Positions 9,601 to 14,810 of a DNA stretch of 32,000 bases are shown piece after piece. Location: NCBI GenBank assembly GCA_965279305.1, contig OZ257143.1:90001-122000 (forward strand). The letters run 5' to 3'. The stretch is from Gammaproteobacteria bacterium. Its GTDB lineage: Bacteria > Pseudomonadota > Gammaproteobacteria > JBIOEC01. Position numbers and translations under genes: made by a program. A model generated the notes under the pieces. It was not told the origin of the DNA and made no database searches. It saw nothing but the letters and a program-made list of their open reading frames with translations. Within the stretch, counting starts at the first letter, position 1, and each line of letters opens with the position of its first letter.

Positions 9601-10084
9601 CTTCTTTAGCGGTTTCAACCGTAAAATTATTTAACATATCTGACAATTTTTTTAAAGCATTCAAAAAATCGACTAACATTTTGTCGTCATAGGTTCCCTC
9701 CGGCAATAAGGGTTTGAAAAAACCGACCTGACCTCTACTAGATCCCACATGCGTGAGCATTTTGTCAATAATACTTTTCCAAAGATTAACGAACTCTAAA
9801 AAACTTAATGCATTTTCAGCCGGTTTATACCCTTCCGTTAGAAAAGGCTGCGCATCTGCTAAAAATATTCTCACAGGCACAGCAAAACCGTGCATATGTC
9901 CTATGTGTTTAAGAGTCGTTAGCTCACCACTCAACCGACTTTTTTGAGAAACCTCTTGTGCATCCGAACCTTTACGACTTGTAGGAATTTTGTATACTCC
10001 AATAGTCAGGTTTTCTAAATGATCGTCTGTAGCCAGTTTTACTAAACTACTTAATTCTTTTATCAACACTTTTTCGTTTGGCAT
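6638..10084 (-). CDS. giant coiled-coil / ankyrin-repeat protein, 1148 aa (eukaryote-like, candidate effector)
   Basis: Residues ~155-350 (nt ~9035-9622) are heptad-like and charged (KINEQRVKIFDLKKERDEAQQKLDKANQEREAAKAKMDEAVEKY...). Residues ~355-530 form an A/V/T/S/P/E-rich low-complexity linker. Ankyrin repeats lie at aa ~540-655 (nt ~8120-8467), e.g. GFNIDTRDSHGNTAIHKAAVKLENPVDALSLLAREGATLTLRNRRGDHVLSLA. The C-terminal tail is S/G/P/A-rich. The start has GGGAG 10 nt upstream. Confidence 0.85.
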   Translation of the reverse strand: MPNEKVLIKELSSLVKLATDDHLENLTIGVYKIPTSRKGSDAQEVSQKSRLSGELTTLKHIGHMHGFAVPVRIFLADAQPFLTEGYKPAENALSFLEFVNLWKSIIDKMLTHVGSSRGQVGFFKPLLPEGTYDDKMLVDFLNALKKLSDMLNNFTVETAKEATELRVTLEAHEETISAQGEQIIAQRQEIRNQRVKINEQRVKIFDLKKERDEAQQKLDKANQEREAAKAKMDEAVEKYTAALDENLKLAATLTDTSKKLEQEQKANENYKKLLGEYKKEVKTLDEEALELYDRLESTQGRLVFEKQERESLQNEHDARLSALTDLEQRLQKTSDKAKKNHAKLLRLRRKIKEFSDAPGIIPVVVATSESAANAETIAAPVPLIIDTSVAAANAAETSNVVSAEAAAVDETFVTPTIVVDPAAGVEGVAALQAEYKAAQLEHVAIKSEARSVDDALANMLAEIGEAPVVTDTAAPDSENIVVPASPSNVPEPADIEPEVTPYVIPSTGFVLPVEPEIVPRPVAPSTIVVRIGTVVSVDEENVLYKMVSAGNADATWDYIYNNPPSNEWIVDAYFQAARDANQTALKVLYELGFNIDTRDSHGNTAIHKAAVKLENPVDALSLLAREGATLTLRNRRGDHVLSLASENAFLKVLFFLKEWIADKDIVEKMVKSLRGMDYFLESEDFSKGEKDELASIADNASATSQVQEQAIFDCAHKISTLRSGGAKSAEVVAVEAQKFQIMFAMAEHHLTDLKDMVARLDAKVAASAERTEKDMADLKEQLDGIKRIFDYFDTSKKWGTDVKSEFVAALSGDLVKKLSDLKDLVLDETLVQLIGKVASGAVSAAASGMTDVTGASAAGSFVAQILVTMANEVYKRYMRVQAERQYDRISQVLSEPERERDFKLICVAAAERVAEDFSPQILELSGKGARQLAVYFAEVIFDKLKTPAVLESEGVQNAMVAALRKPKHLTRGIIRKEPNKILETSTDKTKAASSPVIHAMMGVGVEDGDHWTVLGVLFRSPIVCEGIVYVAPDRKLKDLKKLSVGGEPLNDSDLIYNKYGEPRVVTADERDHFVNEHGYVREDSFIQDYKNVLVSREAKPFDVLEKKYPKKGSGSLASNSGSSLASSGSSPSSTPPAPAAGSAGPAAN

Positions 10085-10107
10085 TATTCATTTGCTCCCA
10101 TCGTTAA

Positions 10108-11060
10108 ATAGTCTTCCATTAATATTAAGCATTAAAAGCCGGATAATAAGCCTGTTTTTGAGGCGGTGTTGCTTTTCTCACTTGTGCAGATAGCTCCATC
10201 ATATCAACCAAAGGTACAGGAACCGCTGTTTTAGCGAGTTCCTCTTGCGCTTTAGTCGATGTCCAACGATCAGCTGCTGTCCTTTTGCAAGAATGCTCTA
10301 TTAGCATTCGCATGATCAATGGCGTATCTAATGGAAGGTTACGCATTAATTCAGCGGCTTCAGGTCTTTCCTGATCACGACGTTTATCTAGTATTTGAAA
10401 AAAGTTTACACTAGAAGGATAAACGGGTTTTTGGGTGGCTAACGCTACGATGACTAATCCAAAACTATACATATCAGAACGCTTAGTCAAAGCCTCACCT
10501 CTACAAGCTTCAGGTGAAGCATAAGCAACAGTACCTCGGATCCAATCACTTTGAGAACCAGCACCATTTTGTGAGGCAGCAGTAAAGATCGTATTTCCTA
10601 TATCTTTTGTTAACGCTAACCCAAAATCGGCCACCTTCAAATGCAAATCCTGTCCCAATAAGAAATTCTCGGGTTTCACATCGCAGTGAACCATACCCTG
10701 TGGAATCCCAGCAATAACCAAGGTGTGTAGAACAACTATGGCTCCCACTATTTCCCTTGCAAATTGTAAACGCACAGACCAGGGAAGTGGCTGCGCTTGG
10801 TTATACAGAACATCTGCCAAAGAGCCCCATGCTAATTCAAACACCAAAGAAATAACAGCTTGCTCACGAACCTCATCAGAAAAATATCCATAAAATCCAA
10901 TAACACTAGGTGATTTCACCATTCTCAGAGCTGCTATCTCTTGTAATGTCATGGCTTCACCCGCATCGTTCAACAACGGTATTTGTTTAAGCGCAACAGT
11001 TCCACCCGCTTTTCTTGAAACAGCATATACCTTACCAAAACCGCCTTTTCCTAGCATTCT
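10108..11060. repeat. dispersed repeat copy 1: 3' ~0.95 kb of paralogue A (kinase domain plus 17 nt past the stop)
   Basis: Near-identical to 13870-14810. In the first ~340 nt compared by eye I count about 11 mismatches. There is one 12-nt indel next to the catalytic loop. Confidence 0.9.
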
Positions 11061-13685
11061 GCCTTCCGTCAATGCTAACGTGTATTGGGCTTCCGCTTGT
11101 GTTTTTGTTAATTGGCGAGGTTCTTCTTCATTGCTGGCTCTTAACGCGTCTAATTTTACTTTTAACGCATCAGAACTACGTCTTTGTTCAGCCGACAATT
11201 TAGGAAATTGGGTTGGTAAACGCGTTTGATCTAACCAATAACGAGCCATGATGTAATTGCCATCAGCAAAATTACTTTCAAGCAAAGCTACCTGGGCATT
11301 AATATCGCCCGCTTGCGCATCTATTACTTGGAAATAATTTCTCAAGAATAAATCTGAACGGTTAACATACGCAAGATAGTCTTTCTCAAACCGAGTGGCT
11401 AGCTCAGTAAAAGTAGTTTCAAAGCGCACTAGTTTAATAATTCTTAGCACTAAACTAGTTACGGCTTGCTTAGCAGCCAGCCACTCTTGCTCCGCTTTCA
11501 CTTTTGCTTTCAAACCGATCACACCAGGTGTGGTGCCTACTGCAGGAGTGCCATTTATCGCAAGATGGTCCACACGAATGGTATACTCATTACTGGTTTT
11601 CTCTGTGTTCAATCTAGCGCGTAGAGTATTTCTGCGATCTTCCTCTAATCCACCTTGATTATCAATTTCCCTATTTCTTTCGTTGATATCACTTACTAAA
11701 GCATCAATCTCTACCTGCTTTGCATCACGCCGTGTTATAAGAGCTGCTCTTCTGTCCACATAACCTTGTATAATTGCAAGACTCGCTGGCAGATGTCTTG
11801 TTTCAACCAAAATATCTACAGAAGCTTTCGTGGCATGATAAGGGTTATATTTTAAATTAACATTTAATGAGCCATTATTACCACCTGCATCAGTCCATGT
11901 ACTTCCAGCACTGGTGATATCCGTAAACTCTCCATGCTCACCTTTTTTCTCGACTACCTGGCCATCAACCCGAAGACGATATTTATCTATTAGCCCTGAA
12001 TAAGTGAAGGGTTGATTAAAGCTTATGCTCAAAGTCATCCACCACCACCACCTTAATGTATATTCCCAATTCTTCGGCTCTGCTTTCGCATAAGGGGGTT
12101 GATCCGCAGCGGGAACAGAGTCATCTCCTTTTAATACTTGAATTTTCGCATCAAACTGGCTAAGCCCCCATTGTTCTTCCCCTATCTCAGTATACAAAGG
12201 AGTTCTATATACAATCGGATTAGCCTGTGCATCAACTGGGAACCGTCCCTCTAGCTTTACTTTTTCTATTTCCGCGGCCTTAAGTGCAGTTTTTTTACTC
12301 TCACGCTGTATCTTAAGCTCATCTGTTGGATCGGCCACCGTATCTACTCCATCTAACTCACGATCTATACGTTGATTATCCTTAACTAACCTATCTATTT
12401 CTCCGAGTAAACGAGTAATCGCTGGTGTGTGCGTAGCATGTGCTTGTGTATGACTTGAAACTTCGCTCATAGTCCCAGCAAGCGCTTGTTCAAGCCTTCT
12501 TCTTGCGGGATCATAGACATTAAAATTAAATTTTTCTTTAGCAACAACAGTAGTATTCAATGCCAAGCGTTGTGTTACTTCTGTTCTTAATACAGTTTGA
12601 TCCGCGTCTGTATTCATTAAAAAAATATTATCCATATTGGCGATCATCGCTGTCAAAACGTCTTTAGCAGCATTGCATCTATTAATATCATTCATTAATT
12701 CATTTAGTTCCCCTTCAACTTGGTGTTCAACTGCAGTTGCACCAGGGTTAACCACTGCATTTACAACTCTATAAAACCCTCTTCTTGCATCCAACACAAG
12801 ACCCTCAGCCATACTTTGATTTATTTTTCTCGCTAGAGATTTGATCGTGTCTTCAAAAAACTCTATGTGCCCTTCAATTTGTGTTTTTATATCATCTTTA
12901 ACAAGGTCGCGATCATCTATCCTTGTAAATACCCACAATAGAGGGAGCTCCTGAGGTTTTCTCAACAATTGGGTTAGTAATTCCAATAACCCTTGAAAAT
13001 TTCCGTTTCTATCCAAATTGTTGTAATTAAATACCACTATCACGGCTTTAATGGTTTTAGCATTATGAACCGCAATTTCAGTTGTGATGGAGGCACAGGC
13101 TCGTTCTTCAATCTCTCGGTTATCATTAAGTCCTGGTGTATCACAATACTTAATCGTGGTTCCATAAACCGAAGGATATTGTGTTTGAGCAGCGATCCGA
13201 TGGCCAATAACAGCAGCCTGATCATTAGGTGTTGCTAAATTTAGAACAGCACGCCCGCCAACTCTTGCTTGCCTCAAAGCATTGCCAACCATTGCATTAA
13301 CAAACGTACTTTTTCCTGAACCAATCAATCCAACCACAATAGCAACATCCTCATCTTTTACGTCTTCTACTTTATGAACGCCTACCGCTAACAATTCATG
13401 CAATCGAGTTAAATCAAAACCTCCTGTAATAGGAGTCACTGCAGCTGCTCGCGCAGGTGCCTGTTGCGCTGCTGCGGCAGCAGCTGCTTGTCGCGGTGCT
13501 TGTTGCGCTGCAGCAGCAGCTTGTCGCGGTGCTTGTTGCGCTGCCGCTACAGCAGCTGCTTGTCGCGGTGCAGGGGCTGCTTGCTGAGCCGAATGAGCTG
13601 CTTGTGGAGCTGCGCTCGCTTGAGCTGCGGCTTGTTGCGCGGCGGGAGCTTGTTGTTGTGCGGAACCTGCTGTTGGTTGAACCAT
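10125..13685 (-). CDS. GTPase / coiled-coil / Ser-Thr kinase fusion protein, paralogue A (~1186 aa)
   Basis: The N-terminus is Q/A-rich. P-loop GLIGSGKST is at 13305-13331, followed by DTPGLND and a G4-like LLWVFTRIDD. A central Trp-rich module (RWWWWMTLSISFNQPFTYSGLIDKYR) begins at nt ~12068. The kinase spans ~10260-11060 with GKGGFGKV, VALK, HCDVKPEN (HCD at 10680-10688), DFG, ASPE and SDMYSFG. I prefer ATG 13685 (AAGGAA upstream, homologous to the paralogue B start) over the track's 13715. Confidence 0.85.
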   Translation of the reverse strand: MVQPTAGSAQQQAPAAQQAAAQASAAPQAAHSAQQAAPAPRQAAAVAAAQQAPRQAAAAAQQAPRQAAAAAAAQQAPARAAAVTPITGGFDLTRLHELLAVGVHKVEDVKDEDVAIVVGLIGSGKSTFVNAMVGNALRQARVGGRAVLNLATPNDQAAVIGHRIAAQTQYPSVYGTTIKYCDTPGLNDNREIEERACASITTEIAVHNAKTIKAVIVVFNYNNLDRNGNFQGLLELLTQLLRKPQELPLLWVFTRIDDRDLVKDDIKTQIEGHIEFFEDTIKSLARKINQSMAEGLVLDARRGFYRVVNAVVNPGATAVEHQVEGELNELMNDINRCNAAKDVLTAMIANMDNIFLMNTDADQTVLRTEVTQRLALNTTVVAKEKFNFNVYDPARRRLEQALAGTMSEVSSHTQAHATHTPAITRLLGEIDRLVKDNQRIDRELDGVDTVADPTDELKIQRESKKTALKAAEIEKVKLEGRFPVDAQANPIVYRTPLYTEIGEEQWGLSQFDAKIQVLKGDDSVPAADQPPYAKAEPKNWEYTLRWWWWMTLSISFNQPFTYSGLIDKYRLRVDGQVVEKKGEHGEFTDITSAGSTWTDAGGNNGSLNVNLKYNPYHATKASVDILVETRHLPASLAIIQGYVDRRAALITRRDAKQVEIDALVSDINERNREIDNQGGLEEDRRNTLRARLNTEKTSNEYTIRVDHLAINGTPAVGTTPGVIGLKAKVKAEQEWLAAKQAVTSLVLRIIKLVRFETTFTELATRFEKDYLAYVNRSDLFLRNYFQVIDAQAGDINAQVALLESNFADGNYIMARYWLDQTRLPTQFPKLSAEQRRSSDALKVKLDALRASNEEEPRQLTKTQAEAQYTLALTEGRMLGKGGFGKVYAVSRKAGGTVALKQIPLLNDAGEAMTLQEIAALRMVKSPSVIGFYGYFSDEVREQAVISLVFELAWGSLADVLYNQAQPLPWSVRLQFAREIVGAIVVLHTLVIAGIPQGMVHCDVKPENFLLGQDLHLKVADFGLALTKDIGNTIFTAASQNGAGSQSDWIRGTVAYASPEACRGEALTKRSDMYSFGLVIVALATQKPVYPSSVNFFQILDKRRDQERPEAAELMRNLPLDTPLIMRMLIEHSCKRTAADRWTSTKAQEELAKTAVPVPLVDMMELSAQVRKATPPQKQAYYPAFNA
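13336..13448. repeat. short near-identical patch (113 nt) shared by the 5' regions of paralogues A and B, copy in A
   Basis: Five mismatches by eye against 17110-17222. It encodes ITGGFDLTRLHELLAVGVHKVEDVKDEDV, immediately before the P-loop. Confidence 0.85.
13441..13683. repeat. GC-rich imperfect tandem repeat encoding the Q/A-rich N-terminus of paralogue A
   Basis: The core unit gcttgtcgcggtgc... recurs at 13486, 13519 and 13558 (periods 33 and 39 nt). On the minus strand it encodes AAQQAPRQAAAA(A) repeats. Paralogue B has a shorter related tract (~17205-17335) and C has none. Confidence 0.8.
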
Positions 13686-13843
13686 GATATTATTCCTTGT
13701 ATTATTCTCAAACATGAAATACTAAAAAGAAATCGGAGACGAAAATATTACAACATCCTATCAGAAGGTAATGTCATTAGTAGATAGCTTATAACTGAAT
13801 TAGCTACCAGAGATTAGCTTGCATATTTTTGAGCGATTAACCA

Positions 13844-13870
13844 TTAAGAACTCAAAAGCAGATAAAACCA
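13844..13870 (-). pseudogene. stranded relic of an ancestral paralogue 3' end (last 8 codons plus stop)
   Basis: The minus strand reads tggttttatctgcttttgagttcttaa (W F Y L L L S S stop). It matches 22 of 27 nt of the real 3' end of paralogue C, cgtttttatcctgttttgagttcttaa (R R F Y P V L S S stop, 17495-17521). It lies 17-43 nt downstream of the present stop of paralogue B. Confidence 0.55.
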
Positions 13871-14810
13871 TAGTCTTGCATTAATATTAAGCATTAAAAG
13901 CCGGATAATAAGCCTGTTTTTGAGGCGGTGTTGCTTTTCTCACTTGTGCAGATAGCTCCATCATATCAACCAAAGGTACAGGAACCGCTGTTTTAGCGAG
14001 TTCCTCTTGCGCCTTAGTCGATGTCCAACGATCAGCTGCTGTCATTTTGCAAGAATGCTCTATTAGCATTCGCATGATCAATGGCGTATCTAATGGAATA
14101 TTACGCATTAATTCAGCGGCTTCAGGTCTTGTCTGATCACAACGTTTATATAGTATTTGAAAAAAGTTTACACTAGAAGGATAAACGGGTTTTTGGGTGG
14201 CTAACACTAAGATGATTAATCCAAAACTATACATATCAGAACGCTTAGTCAAAGCCTCACCTCTACAAGCTTCAGGGGAAGCATAAGCCGCAGTACCTCG
14301 GATCCAATCACTTTGAGAACCAGCACCGGCTTCTGACCCAGCAGTACGGATCGTATTTCCTATATCTTTTGTTAACGCTAACCCAAAATCGGCCACCTTC
14401 AAATGCAAATCCTGTCCCAATAAGAAATTCTCGGGTTTTAAATCGCAATGAACCATTCCATTTGGAGGGAATGTATGTAAAACAACTAAGGCTCCCACTA
14501 TTTGCCTTGCAAATTGTAAACGCACAGACAAAGGAAGTGGCTGCGCTTGGTTATACAGAACATCTGCCAAAGAGCCCCATGCTAATTCAAACACCAAAGA
14601 AATAACAGCTTGCTCACGAACCTCATCAGAAAAATATCCATAAAATCCAATAACACTAGGTGATTTCACCATTCTCAGAGCTGCTATCTCTTGTAATGTC
14701 ATGGCTTCACCCGCATCGTTCAACAACGGTATTTGCTTAAGCGCAACAGTTCCACCCTCTTTTCTTGAAACAGCATATACCTTACCAAAACCACCCTTTC
14801 CTATCATTCT
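13870..14810. repeat. dispersed repeat copy 2: 3' ~0.94 kb of paralogue B
   Basis: See copy 1. Similarity drops to protein-level only beyond ~14810 / ~11060. Confidence 0.9.

Noticed and set aside
10118-10135. TTAAT-rich sequence (attaatattaagcattaa, also at 13880-13897) as a PmrA-type response-regulator box upstream of the ankyrin gene
   Set aside because: The TTAAT copies are spaced 6-7 nt apart, not at the ~11-nt periodicity expected for a PmrA direct repeat. The sequence lies across the stop codon of the upstream gene and is part of the A/B repeat. It is probably just AT-rich coding end.
13457-13787. Two plus-strand ORFs (76 and 107 aa) over the 5' end of paralogue A
   Set aside because: They are the antisense reading of the GCN/CAR codon repeat. 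They give Leu/Cys/Arg-rich nonsense and have no ribosome-binding site.
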